A stretch of 64,000 nt of DNA from Lama guanicoe. Taxonomy: Eukaryota. The DNA lies in NCBI GenBank assembly GCA_013239625.1, contig MU053934.1, positions 11,261,003 through 11,325,002 of the forward strand, given 5' to 3'. The position numbers and the translations under genes were made by a program. Each line of letters starts with the position of its first letter. Within the stretch, counting starts at the first letter, position 1. A model generated the notes under the pieces. The model saw only the letters and a program-made list of their open reading frames with translations, was not told where the DNA came from and ran no database searches. Below, piece after piece: positions 27,421-39,912 of this stretch.

Positions 27421-27442
27421 TGTGTGTGTGTGTGTGTGTGTG
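27421..27442. repeat. (TG)11 microsatellite within a degenerate TG-rich tract
   Basis: Read directly from the sequence. Confidence 0.95.
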
Positions 27443-28042
27443 CAACTCATGTGCATATGTGTGCACGTGTGTGCGCCAGCCTGTGGCAGACGGGAGGGGG
27501 ATAGGAGACCCTGGACGGCCTGGTGTGGAGGTGGCCTGGCTCCCCACCGCTCCCAGTTCTGGGCCTCCGTGGGATTGTCCCCGGCAGGTTGGCGGCCCGC
27601 ACAGCCCCCAGCAGTCTGGGGAGCGGATCGGGGCTGGGCTCCCCGCCTCCAGGCCGGCCGGGGCAGAAGATTCAGGCATAGCCCGGTTCCCCATCGCCCT
27701 GCTCTGTGCAGCCCCGGTTCCTGACGCGTGACCGGGGCCCTGTGTCCGTGACTCAGCCCTTCATTTCTGGGTGGGACTGAGACCGAGCGACATTTAATTC
27801 CCCGTCCACTCAGGCAGGGCCGGGGAAGCCAGGCCACACAAACGCAGAGGTTGCTGGCCTGACCCGGCGCGCAGGCTTTTACAGGGTGTGTTCTGACAGC
27901 ATCACCGGAGGGGATCCCACTGCCCCTCTGGGAACAGTCTCGTTGCGGGGTGCGCCGGGTGGGCACCAGCTGCGGGGCTGGGATGGCCGCCAGCTCGTCT
28001 CCAGGGCGCGTCCACTCAGCCATGTCTGTGCCTCTGTTGCAG

Positions 28043-28192
28043 GTCAGCTGGCCGCCGGCACCTGTGAGATCGTGACCCTGGACCGGGACAGCAGCCAGCC
28101 ACGGAGGACGATCGCCCGGCAGACGGCTCGCTGCGCGTGCAGGAAGGGGCAGATCGCAGGCACCACGAGGGCCCGGCCCGCCTGCGTGGACG
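28043..28192 (+). CDS. TAFA5: TAFA5/FAM19A5 internal coding exon (exon 2 equivalent), chemokine-like neurokine
   Basis: Translates as (G)QLAAGTCEIVTLDRDSSQPRRTIARQTARCACRKGQIAGTTRARPACVD, matching TAFA5 as I recall it. DRDSSQPR in place of the CC motif of TAFA1-4 is diagnostic. Acceptor is ctctgttgcAG (28041-28042) and donor is G|GTGAGC (28193). Length 150 bp, phase 1-1. Confidence 0.97.
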
Positions 28193-30859
28193 GTGAGCGT
28201 CAGGGCGAGCAGCCCCTCAGGGGCCGTGGGGGGGGTCTGTGCACCCAGTACACCCCCCGGGGACATCTGCCACGGCCTGCTGGTCTGTGGGGGCCCCCAG
28301 GCAGTGTTGACGGGTGCACTTGTGGGCTGTGTGTGTCGCGTCCAGAGCGCTGTGGGCAGAGGGGACAGAGGGGACAGAGGTCGTGCCACCTGCGAGACCC
28401 CCAGGTGTGCACAGGGTTTCTAAGGTACTAGCGCGGCCTGGTCTCCTTGCCCTCATGCCTGGCAGGTGTCAGGTGCCCCAGGCCCCGGGCTTGGTGGCAA
28501 CAGGTCCCCTGCGGGCTCCCAGGACAGCCGAGGCACCCGTGAGGTGGGCTGGTGGTGCCCTCCTGCATGGCCACCAGGGGCCGAGCCGTCTGGGGAGCGA
28601 GGCGCGTTGCTAGCGCCCTTGCTGGGTCAGCGCTCAGGCGCCTCGCGGGGGCAGCGCCTTTGGGAAGCATCTTCAGAAAGAGGATCACACGTGGCCCCTA
28701 GAAGAGGAAAGGAGCCCCTGCAGCTCCCGTCAGGGCGCCTGGCGCGGGTCTGTCCCTGGTCGGGGAGGAGACAGCGCGAGGCCCCGTGGGAGAGCGGGGC
28801 GCTGCCCAGCCAGGGCCCAGGCGGTCCAGCAGGAGACCCGGGCACCACGTGGTGGGCGCAGGGTGGCCCCACAGGAGTCTGGGGGCAGCACCGGCCAGGG
28901 GTGGGGCCGACGGGCGAGTGTGGGAGGGCCCAGGCAGTGGTGGGCGTTGGAGCCAGGCCAGAGCTCTGCCCAGCCTTGGGACTAGAGCAAGGGGAAGACA
29001 CCTCTCTTCTGGGCGGCCTGGGGGGCTCCTGTGGGCCTGGCCAGCAGCAGCTGCCTGTGTCGGTCCAGGTTCTTTGGGATGGATGGCCCCAGGCCAGGTG
29101 TGCGAGGCCTTGGTTCTGCAGGGGACTGGGAGCGACATGGTTACTGCCGTGCCGGTGGCCAGGTCTAAGGGATCAGCCATCCATCCCGCAGGGACAGCAG
29201 GCATGCATGGGGTCACCCAGAGCTGGATTTGAGCCCTGGGTCTTCTGCTCAACCCCCCCCCCTCAGCCTCTGGGTGGGCTCTGGGGCTCTGGCTGTCTGC
29301 TTCCAACCTGCTGCCCCCTCCGCTTTGACCTGAGACCTGGGGAGCACCATCTTGCCACCTGCGGGCTGTGCTGCTGACGGTCACCAGAGAGGTGACGGGC
29401 GTGCTGAGCACAGGGCTGGGGCGTGGGGAGCTCCCGGCCACTCCAGCTGGGAGAGTCGCCAGTGCCGGGGACGGGGCTGCATCGGGTGTCAGGACAGTGT
29501 CGTCCCTGTAGGGGAGCTAGGCGGGCCCCAGTGCAGCCCCCAAAGTGAGAAAGTCCCCCAAGAGAGGAATCAGCTGAGTCACGAGGCCCCTTGGGGACGG
29601 GGCTGATTGTCCAGGGACCCCCGTCAGTGTCTCCTGTGAGCCTCTCCTCAGATGGTCCGGGGACGTGGCCAGGGCTGTGGATTTGCCTGGAGCCCAGGGC
29701 CTGGAGTGCTGGCCCCACAGGGCCTCCAGCAGGAAAGGGGAAGTGTGGGCTGAGGGGCCCGGGGCTCCCAGCTGGAGGGAGCAGGTGGCGGCCTCACCAG
29801 TCCAAGCCCAGACGCCCTGGGCACCCCTGAGCTGAGCTGGCCATGGGCAATCCCGGGGTGCCCAGAAGTACCCTGGAGGCCCTCGGGGCCCTGGGACCAC
29901 CCAGCCACCCCCAGGCCCCGCCCCAGAGGCCCTGTGCCACCTGCCTTGTGTTGCCGGCCTGGGCTGGTCTCTGGGAATGTCAGGGCACCAGGGAGACTGT
30001 GGGGAGGACCAGGGCCAGTGGAAGGACGGTGAGGCCGCTGGTGCCTTTTGAGGGCCTGGAAGAAGCAGGAGCTCGTGCTGCAGCCGGTTTTGTCTCTAAG
30101 GACCCGCTGTCTGTCCTTGTTGAAAGCACCTGTCCGTGGGCGTCCCGTAGACGGCGTGGGATGGGACAGCTGGGTGTGCAGCTGCCCTGAGGCTGCTGCC
30201 CCGACCCTGCAACTCCATTCTGCCCATTGGGTCCCGGGTGGACTCGGGCCAGGGGGCGCGGCGCCTTGACCCCCAGTGAGCTGAGTTAGGGTTAGCATTA
30301 GGGTCACTGCATCCCCGTCTGCAGCTCCTGTAACTGGGAGCCTTCTGGGCTGATGCCAACAGATTCTTCCAGGACGGGGAGGGAGGGAGGCGAGGGGCAC
30401 GGGCGCAGCCGGGAGCCTTCCCCTCTGCTCGTTAGCTCTGCCGGCCTGCGGGGGAGTCAGTCAGAACCGATTACTAATTGAACCTGGGCTGCTCTTCCGA
30501 AACCGTGTTCTCACCCCTCTCCCGTGAGCCTCCCCGCGCCTCAGGAGCCGGGTCCCCGAGACCCAAATTAAGACCCTGCTGTTTTCAGGGGAGGCCACAC
30601 AGATCAGTGAGCTGGCCCTTTTTTGCACAGTGGGCATCTCCAGGCTGCCATCTAATTTAATTTTTGCTTTTCTATTTTCTTGCTCTGTGTGCATAATAAG
30701 TTTCCCTGCATGTGACTGGTGTCTGCAAAAGAGAAAACTTGTGCCACTTTGGGTTGCTTGGAATTTGGCGTGAGCAGGGTTCAAGGCAGGATGGTTTATC
30801 CTGACCCTACCGTGTTCAGGAAAAATGGAAGCTTGAAATACTAGATCACAGCTGTGCCT

Positions 30860-31160
30860 GTTCACATATTTATTCATCTCTTTATTAACTTACCCTTCAT
30901 TCATTTACCCACTCATCTGTTCATTGATTCAGATAAGGTGTACGCTCATGGTGGAGGAGACCTGTGACACTGTAATGTACCCAGAACAGGTGGTGCTGTG
31001 GGGCTGGGGTCCAGATGGTGGGACAGGGACTCTGGGACCTCAAAGTACAGCCATCTCTTCCTGCCCAGGATCTTGGAAAAGCTGCATCGACAAGGGAGCA
31101 TTTGAGCAGGGTATTGAGGGATGAAGAGGAGCTCACCAGGAAAGCATCTCTTCATGGAAG
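30860..31160 (-). mobile_element. LINE-2 3' fragment
   Basis: (ttca)-like tail ttcattcattt followed by gcatttgagcagggtattgagggatgaagaggagctcaccagg, resembling L2 antisense. Confidence 0.55.
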
Positions 31161-33244
31161 AAGGGGGCTGGTGGTGAGAGGAGGAACTCCGGGCCATGTT
31201 ACGGAGCCTGAAGCCTTTCCGGCTGAACCGCTCCCCAGCTTGTACGCAGGTGGCCTAGTTCACCTGCAGAGAGTCGTTCCAACTCACAGAACCATCAGGG
31301 AAAGAGCGTCTCAAAGAAGCCCCAGCCCCATCTCTGCAAGGCTTCGTGTCCTCACACGCAGATACAGGAACAGTGCTTCACCTGGCCATGCACAGCCGGT
31401 TACTGCCCGGCGGGCTGGACGAAGCCTTCGGCACCGGCACTGGCTGCTCTTTAAGGCTCTGAGCATCGCTCTCCACCCGCAGAATCGCGGGTGGCCCCGA
31501 TGCCTCCGTGAGGACTGCAGCCCGGCCCCGAGCCTCGCCCGCCCGTACGCAGCCGGAAGTCATCCGCCTGCAGCGCTCGCTCTCTGGCAGCAGCCTCTCT
31601 CTGTAAAGGCAGGACCTTCCTCCCGCCTGCTGGGTTCTCGGGAACCTCTTTGGAAAGAAATCAGTCAAGAAAGCAGCCTGGTGCCCAGGGCGGGCGCAGG
31701 CAGTCGGGAGAGGGGAGGGTGGTTTCCGGGGCAGCACTGCCCTGGCCCCGGGGGTTGGCGAGAGCAGGAGCCTCAGGCCAGGCCCCGCAGCTTCCCCGAG
31801 ATCCTTGCAGGGGACAGTGCAGGCCAATGTCCCAGCTCTACACAGGACCAGTGTCTGGGCTGGCACAGCCCGGACAGGGTCCCCTCTGTGCGTGGCCTCC
31901 AGGCTCCCTGAAGACCCTGCCGGGACCCCCCGGCTGATGCAGTTGCCCCGTGGCCCCTGCTGGGAGCCCACCTGTCTCCTAGGCCGCCGTGCCCTTGTGT
32001 TCCTGAGCAGGGAATAAGTGCGCCTACGTCGCGTGCCTGCACAGTCAGCACTCAGAACGTGCCTTCCCCTCCTGGGGGGCCTGGGACGCAGACGGGGCCC
32101 CGGGCGTGGGGTGGACGGCACGGCTCCAGGCCTCGTGTGTGTCCCCAGCTTTACCCGTGACATCCACCGGCTGGGGTCACAACCGGACATGCTCGCACTC
32201 TCCTTAGAGTGCGAGGACATGCAGAGGCCCCTCTCAACAACTGGAAAACAAACTTTCAGAAAGTGTTCAAGCCGAAGGCTGCTTTCCGTTGGATCCAGCT
32301 GACCCTGGAAGGCGCCTCCGTTCCGCACCGGCCCCGCCGCAGCGCCCGGGCAGTGGGGCCCGCGGCCCGGGCAGCACCGTCAGCGGCATCCGTCGTGGTC
32401 CGGGGAGGGGCCGGGAGGCCGGGGCGTGGTTCTGCTGCTCAGAAGCAGAAGCAGAAGGAAGCAAACCTGAGGCCCTTGGACGCTGGGGGAGCTCAGAGGG
32501 AGAGCAGGGGCCGGGCGTGCGGGGACTTCCCGGGGCGGGGGAGGAGCCGGGGCCGCCCCGGACCCGCAGTGCCGCTCACTCCTCCGTCAGGGGCCTGGCT
32601 GCTTTCAGCTCTGGGCTCGCAGCCTCACCTGTGGAGGGCCCTACAGGGCAGCAGGGAGAAGCGGGCCCAGCAGGGTCACCCCACTTCTCCCCGCGGCCGC
32701 TGCAGGAGCGCTGAGGGTGCAAAGACAGAGGCGTGAGGTGCGACGAGGGGCCATCATGGGCAGCACAGACCTGAGGCCCGAACCCGGCAGATGCGGCAGC
32801 AAAAATCTGGGAAGGCTTCCTGCAGGAGCTGAGCACCGTGTCCCAGGGAGGCGGCCACGCCCACTGCCTTGCTCTGGGGCCCTGGTTGTGCCTGAGCCCC
32901 CGGGGGTCCTTCAGCAGCAGGTGTGAAGGAGGGGCCGCCTGCGTCCCTGCCCAGCGCTGTCTAGACCCCGGCCTGCCCTGAGCGGAGGCAGCCTCTGAAG
33001 GGGGCAGGATGCGGAGGGGACGGCAGGTCTCAGGCTTCGGGGAGAAAAGCTTTCCGTGTCTCGATACTTAGAAAAGTGAGCATAAGTATTGTGTGTACTT
33101 AGAAACGTGTGTGCGCACTTCGTGCAGGTCGGCTAAGCTCTCCGAGCGGCGGGCAGAGAGGCCGCAGAAGGTGTGAGCCACGGCCCAGCCTGCCTGGCCT
33201 CCTGCACCTGGTCACCTGCTCCCTGGAGTCTGCAGCCCTGCCCC

Positions 33245-33382
33245 CGCGGCGTCCCGAGCAGGCTCGCGCTGCCTTCTGAGCCACGTGTTAAATTTTCAGA
33301 AATTTTGTGAGCCAACTGCTATAAGCAGCCATTATTAAAAAGTGAGTTATATAAAAATTATACTTTATTATATCAGAAAGAT
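33245..33382 (+). mobile_element. hAT DNA transposon end fragment (MER63-like)
   Basis: tgttaaattttcagaaattttgtgagccaactgctataagcagccattattaaaaa..ttatataaa closely matches the MER63 terminus as I recall it. Confidence 0.7.
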
Positions 33383-33384
33383 AT

Positions 33385-34680
33385 TCACCTTAAGACTCTA
33401 TTAAAAGAACAAGCTAAACCCAAATCAAGTAGAATGAAGAGAAAAATAAAAATCAGGATTGAAGGAAGAAGTAAAACAGAGAATATTAAAAAGTGGAAAT
33501 CAGTTAAGCCACAGCTTAATTATTTGAAAGATAAAATATCGCAACTTGATTTTTAACTAGACCGATCAGAGAAAAGGCTCAGCTGACTAAGTCAGACCTC
33601 AAAGGGAGGGCCGCCCCTTATGTTTACCACCCTTCGCGGCAGCACAGAGGGTTGAAAGGAACACTGTAAGCAATCGCGTGTCAGCACATTGTGGAAATTT
33701 GGAAGAAATGGACATGTTCCCAGAAACACACAAATTGACTCAAGAAGTAATGGGAAGACTCAGTAGACCCAAGACAAGTAAAGACAATGAGTTAGAAATC
33801 AGACGGTTACACTGGCGAAGTCTGCCAAATTCAACGGAGAATTAATACCAATTCCTCTCCAAGTCTTCAAAAACAAAACATACATGTAAGAGGAAACAGT
33901 CCTTCCCGCACTCCACGAGGCTAGGATTACTCTGACACCAGAAGTATCGGGAAAAGGCGCCACAGGGAACCTCCAGACCTTATGAGCATCGATGCAAAAA
34001 TCTTCAACAAAATATTGGCGAACTGCCTCTGGTAGCAAATGGAAGACTTCCACGTCATGGCCGAGCAGGGTTCATCTCGGAGTGCGAGGCCGGCTCCACC
34101 TAAAGCGACCAGCAGATGCAGTGTATTAACAGAAGAAGGAGCAGTAATCACGTGCTCATGTCAATAGTTGCCGAAAAAGCATTTAACAAAATCCAATCTC
34201 CTTTCACAATAAAAACACTCAGCACACTGGAAACAAGTGAGTCCTGCTCAACGTGGGAAAGGCGGGCAGCGCCCTCCTCGGGGAGGATTGGACGCTTGGG
34301 CCCAGACCAGGAACAAGACAGGGGTGTCTGCTCACCACTCCTGCTCAGCTGCCCCGGGGACGCTGGCCCAGTCACTGGGGCGAGAGCAGGAAATAAGTCT
34401 CCCGGCTCAGGAAGGAAGGCGTGGAGTTACTCATTCTCATACGACGTGATCTTTTGCAGAGAGAATCTGCAGGAGTGGGCGCACACACTGAGAAGTGGTA
34501 ACGGAGTGTGGCGGGGTTACGGGGTACAGACCGGTGTACGCAGTTCAGTGGGATTTCTCCACCGTGGTGGCGAGTGGTCTGAAAATGATCTCCGGAAACA
34601 ATTCCGTTTGCAGCTGCTGCAGGAAGGACGAAATACTTAGACAAAGTTCACCAAAGAAGTCCCAGCCTCGTGCATCAGAA
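33385..34680 (+). mobile_element. LINE-1 ORF2 remnant (reverse transcriptase region), inactive
   Basis: Residual peptides LMSIDAKIFNKILAN, HVLMSIVAEKAFNKIQSPFTIKTL and GTRQGC are visible. The catalytic FADDMI motif has decayed to FSYDVI. Multiple frameshifts and stops. Confidence 0.9.
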
Positions 34681-36671
34681 GCTAGGAAACAGGAGGCTGA
34701 TAACGGTGCCTCCCTCATCTCACACATTGTAGCCAGCGTCTGAGAGCAGTCAGCACGCAGAGGAGGAAGCTCTTGGAAGCGTCCTGGGGGACGTCCTCTC
34801 CAGGAGCCGGGAGCCGCTGCGCCCCCGCAGGAGGAGGGCCTCGTGCTCTGTGTTGCTCCACTAGCAGGACACTTGTGACAGTATCCGGCGGGGTGCGGGG
34901 GGTCTGCACCGGCCACCAGACAGGCCTACGAGCCTCCGCATCCTGCCCCACCTCTGTAGCTCAGGGACGTGGACGATGCTCGCCGCGGGGGGGTCCTCGA
35001 AACCCTCGTACACGGGGCGCAGCCCAGGGTCCGCCAGGGAGTTCCCAGGCTCCCCACCCTGAGGCTGCTGATGGCTCTGTCGTCGGGAAGGAGGCCGAGG
35101 GGGCGCTCCGCGCCGGAGTCCCTGACTCTGGGTGGCGTTCATGTGTGGACGCTTTTCAACACCCCCAAAGGCCAGCTGCGGCTGTCATGGAGGTGACAGG
35201 GAAGTGTAAACGGCTCCTGGAGGCCAGCCTGCACGGGCCCTCGCTGTCCCCAGGCCCTTGCTGGAGGCTTCAAGTGAGCCGCTGGTTTTATTTTCACGAG
35301 CGCTGGTTGAGGGGAGTGCTGTGACCCATCGCCCCCCTTTGATGGGACCTCACGATCCTTCTTGTTGTCTGAAATTTCAAACTCCGTTAAATAGTGTGAA
35401 GACAAACAAATCAAAGCCAGGGAGATTCTGGAGAAAACACTTTTACTTTGATCTTGGAAGACGTTTGATCGGGGACATGGGGTGCTGGGGACTGTGCCTG
35501 TCCCGTGTCCTAGTGGACAGAGGGGCACTGGTCTTGGGCCTTTTAGGGCTCTCAGTGCCCAGACAGCCTTCCAGGGTGGGGCTGAGGAGCTGGGGCAGTG
35601 GGGGGAGGCAGGAGCTGACCCTGTGGTCAGTTCTGCAGGCCAGCAGGCCAAGGACTGATTCCATCTACTGGGAGCCCGGGTGGTGTCTGATGGACTTCTA
35701 GAAGGATCTCCACCCTGCTCTCCGGACAGTAAATGCAGGGCAGTGGACCAGCGCTGGGAGATGTCAGGCCAGTGATGGAAGCAATGCTGACAGTAGACGG
35801 GCGACTCAGGAGGCCAGGTGGTGGGATTCAGCCTGATCACCGTTCCCCCGCCCTCCACCCCCGGCAGGTGTGACTCACCTGCCGGCCTGTGAGCAGGTGC
35901 CCAGCGGGGACCTGGAGGCAAGTGGGGGTGGGCGCACAGCTGGACGGTGTGAGCAGACATGAGGTCCGCAGGGAGAGAGGAGGCAGCTCGGGACCCGGAC
36001 AGGGCTGGGTGCCAGGTGGCCGGGCTCCAGGTCGTGACTGCTGCTCAGAGCCTGAACGGGGCGGGGGGGGAGGCGTGCCCAGCAGGGCTGAGATGTCAGC
36101 CCCTCGTTCTTGTTCTCTGAGGCCACGTGTCAGGGAAGGAGGGCGGCCCCCACGGCAGGGAGCCGGTCTCCCTCTAACTGCTCAGACACCTGCAGAGCTC
36201 GGCAGAGCCTGCCTGCCCGACGGGAGAGGCCGGCTGTTGGGGCCGGGGAGTCGGAGGGGCCTCCTGGGACGTGGGGCCCTTGGGGTTCAGGGAGCCCGGC
36301 GAGGCTGGCTCTCAGGGTCAACCTGAAGGACCCGGCCTGGCCTTCGCTGCCTTTTGTTTGGCTTCATTTGTCATCATTTTCCGTGTCCTTGGTCCACAGT
36401 CCAGCTGATTTAATGCAAATTGTAACGGGGGAAGGTGCAGTGTTCACGTCCTGAGTCCGCACCTTCGTGAACAGGGTGCCACGCCTGATGGTCAGAGTCT
36501 CGGGCCCCGTGCCGGAGTCCTTGCAGGGCCTGGGCCCAGCTGCCCCCGTGACCTTGAGCATCACCTCCAGCCTGAGCACCGGGAGCGGCTGGGAACCCGG
36601 TGCACGGGCCAGCGTCTCCAGTGACCTGCGGCACCGCCTCCTGGCGGCAGCAAGCATCGTTGCAGGCGTAC

Positions 36672-37285
36672 TTTTTTTTTCTTTATACTTTTGTTTTAAA
36701 TTTTTTATTGAAGTGTAACTGATTTACAGTGTTCGTTTCAGGTGTACAGCAAAGCAATTCAGTTATACAGACACATGCATACGTATTTTTTCTTTTCGGG
36801 TTCTTTTCCACGATAGGTTGTTACAAGAATTTGAATATAACTCCCTGGTGCTTCAGCAGGACCTTGTTGTTGATCTGTTTTCTACGCAGTAGCGTGTGTC
36901 TGTCAGTCCCCGGCCCCTGACTTCTCCCTCTCTGCCCTTTCCCCCTTCGTCATCATGGTTTGTTTTCTGCCTGTGAGTCCATTTGGGGTTAATAGAATTT
37001 GTATCACTTTTCGGTTCTACACGTAAGTGATGTTGTATCATATTAGTCTTTCTCTCTGACTTACTTCACTCAGTTGGTCATCTCCAGGCCCATCCATGTT
37101 GCTGCAAGGGGCACTGTTTCATTCTTCTCATGGCTGGGTGGCATTCTGTCGTGTGTGTGTGTGTGTGTAGACACACCACAGCTTCTTTATCCAGTCCTCT
37201 GTCGAGGGACATTGATGTTGCTTCCGTGTCTTGGCTACTGTAAATAGTGCTGCCGTGAACACTGGGGTGCAGGTGTCTTCAAATT
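36672..37285 (-). mobile_element. Younger LINE-1 3' end (cetartiodactyl-type) with embedded (GT)n at about 37151-37168
   Basis: T-rich tail, then tttttattgaagtgtaactgatttacagtgtt..tttcaggtgtacagcaaag..attcagttatac, tctgacttacttcactcag, tctccaggcccatccatgttgctgcaa and gtcttggctactgtaaatagtgctgc. Confidence 0.88.
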
Positions 37286-37529
37286 CGGGTTAAAGAGATG
37301 CATTGTCCCCTTAGAATGTGAACGTGCCTCTGAAACCTGAATAATGGGAGGAGATGTCCCAACACCAGGACGAGGTAAATGCGGCCATTTCCAGTGAAAG
37401 GCGCCCGGTGACCCGGGAGTCTGCACAGTTACACACGCAAAGCTGCGCCACGTAGACACGTTCAGAAAAGGCCTCGGCCTTTCACAGGCTCCGGAAGTCT
37501 AAAATGAGAGTTCTTCCTTAAAAAGAAAA

Positions 37530-37870
37530 AACCTTTAATCGAGATGTAACACACCACACAGGCTCGCATGCAGCTTGTCGGCCTGAGCCCGGAGGCTTTG
37601 GCCCCGCCAGGGACGCCCCCCCCCACTAGCGCCCCATCTTCTGGAACCTCCCGTGAGTGGACTCAGAAGGACACTGACGCCCGAGTTTGGCTCCTCTCAC
37701 GCGGTGTCTGTGAGACCCCTCGTCGTGTGCAGCGGTGTTTTGTATTTGTTGTCGCTGTGCAGGATTTCATTGTCTGGCGGGACCACCATTTAACTGTCTA
37801 TTCCCAAGAAGATGGGTATTTGGGCTGTTTTGAATTTTCAGTCATTGTAAGTATGGTGGTGTGAACGAGA
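37530..37870 (-). mobile_element. Old LINE-1 3' fragment (L1ME-like)
   Basis: Contains atttcattgtctggcgggaccaccatttaactgtctattccc..gatgggtatttgggctgttttgaattttcagtcattgtaagtatggtggtgtgaac. Confidence 0.7.
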
Positions 37871-38329
37871 AACACCGCAGCCACATCAGTGCACAAAGGG
37901 AGCTGCCCACCGAGTCCCCCGCTGCTCCCGCGCCCCCGGCAGCCAGCGGAGGGCTCAGGACGCGGACAGGCAGGCAGCCCGGCCTCTGTAGCCCCCAGCG
38001 GTGCCCCTGCGGGCACGCAGGGTGGGAAGGCACGGGACAGACGCCGCCCTGGAGCGCTCAGTGCAGGTCAGAGGGGAGATCCAGTGAGCCCAGACCCCTG
38101 CACCTTCCCGCACGCAGAAAGGCTGTCTGGTTTTCTTTAATTAACAGTGATCTTTTAATGTCCCGACTACCTGTCTTTGTGGCAGAAACCCCTGCACACC
38201 CTGGCTCGGCCCCGCCTGTGCGGAGCGGCCCCTCGGCGCTCCCTGGGGGCCGCCCCCGGCCCGCGCGCGCAGGAAGTGCACTGAGTGGACCGCAACTCAC
38301 AGCTTTGGGGCTGTGCATCTTTTCAGTCA

Positions 38330-38760
38330 ACAGTGACCACGGCCGTCGGTGGTGTGTCTTCTGGTGACGGGACACATTTATCGTGGGCACTTGCGTGCCC
38401 AGGAGCGGCAGAGACGCGAGCTGCCGGTGGCAGGATGGCCGAGCGTCTCTCAGTGTGGCCGCGCCACTGCGCCCGCCTCGCGGGTGTCGGAGGTCGTGTT
38501 TGCCCTGCGTCCCCGTCGGCCCCGTCGTTGTCGGACTTTGTGGTTCAGCCGTCCTGCCAGGTGCAGGGTGACGACTCGTGCGGCTCCGGGCTGCGCCCTG
38601 GTGACGAGCAGGCTTCTTGGGCAGCGGGGGGGCCTTCCTCGTGAAGCCCCTGTCCGCGTTCCCCCCCGCCCCCACTTCTGCTGGGCTGTTTGTTCATGTC
38701 GTGCAGGAGTGCTTTCTAGATTCTGCATCCGAGTCCTGCTGACACCTCCCAGCCTGGCCG
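38330..38760 (-). mobile_element. Heavily GC-shifted LINE-1 fragment, probably continuing 37530-37870
   Basis: Colinear with L1 ORF2-end antisense: ..ttgtcggactttgtggttcagccgtcctg.., cgtgaagcccctgtcc.., ctgggctgtttgt.., gcaggagtgctttctagattctgcatccgagtcc. Confidence 0.55.
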
Positions 38761-39677
38761 GGCCCTTGCTTTACCCGTGTGCCTGGAAGAACAGAAAGTC
38801 CTACCTCTAGCCAGGTCCGATTTGACAAGTCTTTTCGCTGCAGGCCGTGCGTTCAGTGGGTGGCGGCTGGTTCCCCGGGTCCTGTGCCCTCTGTCGTCCA
38901 CGGGACACATTTGAGTCTACGGTCGGCTTCTCGCTGGTTCTCACGTGGCCTCACGGTGATCCCAGGCTGCATTTACAGCATCATTACTGAAAAATTCTAG
39001 CCTTCTCGACTCATAACAGTTTGATATGACGTTCTGAAGCCTGATTCCGAGGCAGCATGGGGGAGGCGGGGCTCACCCCTGACTGCGTCTCACCCGATTA
39101 GCTAATTGTCTCTTGCCGTCTGAGCAGCTGAGAACCGGGGCTGAGACCACGCGTGGATTACCATGCATGCTCAGCCCGCCCCTGCCCGCCCAGAATGCTC
39201 ACAGGCTCGTGGGGTTTCTGTTTCCCTGCTTCCTTTTCCACCTTTGTGAACAGCTCAAGGTGGAGTTTGCAGGAGGAAGTGAGGGGGTGCTCCCAGGCCC
39301 CCCCCGCCACCCCCAGCCTCTGTCCAGCCCAGCCCCGGCCTCTGGGCCCTCCTGGGTGCATGCAAGGCCAGGCTCCACCGGGCAGGGATGCTGGCCGCCT
39401 TGGGGGTCCCTGGCCTGGGGGTCGTGGGCCCTTGCCATGAAGGCAGGGCAGACCGACGGGCAGAAGCGGGCTCCAGCCTCTTCCTCCATCCAGGGCTTTC
39501 GGCCTCGAGGGGACCGTATGCCTGATGACAGGGACCCCGCCACGCCCGCAGACAGTGGGGGGCTTCCTTCCGTCCAGGTCTCCCAGGGAGACCTGCCCAT
39601 CTGCTCCCCGGCTGAGGACCGGGCCACGTGTCCTGTTCCACGTTGTCTGGCTGGAACTTGTGTTTTTTCTTTGTTTG

Positions 39678-39912
39678 TTTTTAATTAAGAGGCTTTATTT
39701 TTAGAGACGTTTCAGGTTTGCAGAAGAACAGAACAGAAAGTACAGAGTGTTCCCACGTCCCCCCACTGTGACCCCTCTGTTAGCGCTGACAATAGCACGC
39801 TTGGGGCATCTGTCACAATGGAGGAACTGACATCCATGCACCGCGACTACCCAGAGGCCGCCATTCGTGTCACGGGTCCGTGTTGTGCTGTCTGTGGGTT
39901 TGGCCGGATACA
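39678..39912 (-). mobile_element. Old LINE-1 3' end (L1MC/L1MD-like)
   Basis: Contains ctttatttttagagacgtttcaggtttgcagaagaa..gaacagaaagtacagagtgttccca and catctgtcacaatggaggaactgacat. Confidence 0.75.

Noticed and set aside
1-28042. Search for a TAFA5 first exon encoding a signal peptide, or a discrete CpG-island promoter
   Set aside because: No hydrophobic leader ending in a phase-1 donor was recognised. CpG density is high everywhere, including inside repeats, so no island could be delimited.
27886-28431. 181-aa ORF spanning exon 2 as a standalone gene
   Set aside because: It starts at GTG, and only the part between the canonical splice sites (28043-28192) resembles TAFA5. The flanks are intron read-through.
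34116-34640. ORF with reverse-transcriptase-like residues as an active or domesticated RT
   Set aside because: It is a decayed L1 ORF2 fragment with frameshifts and a destroyed catalytic motif (FSYDVI).
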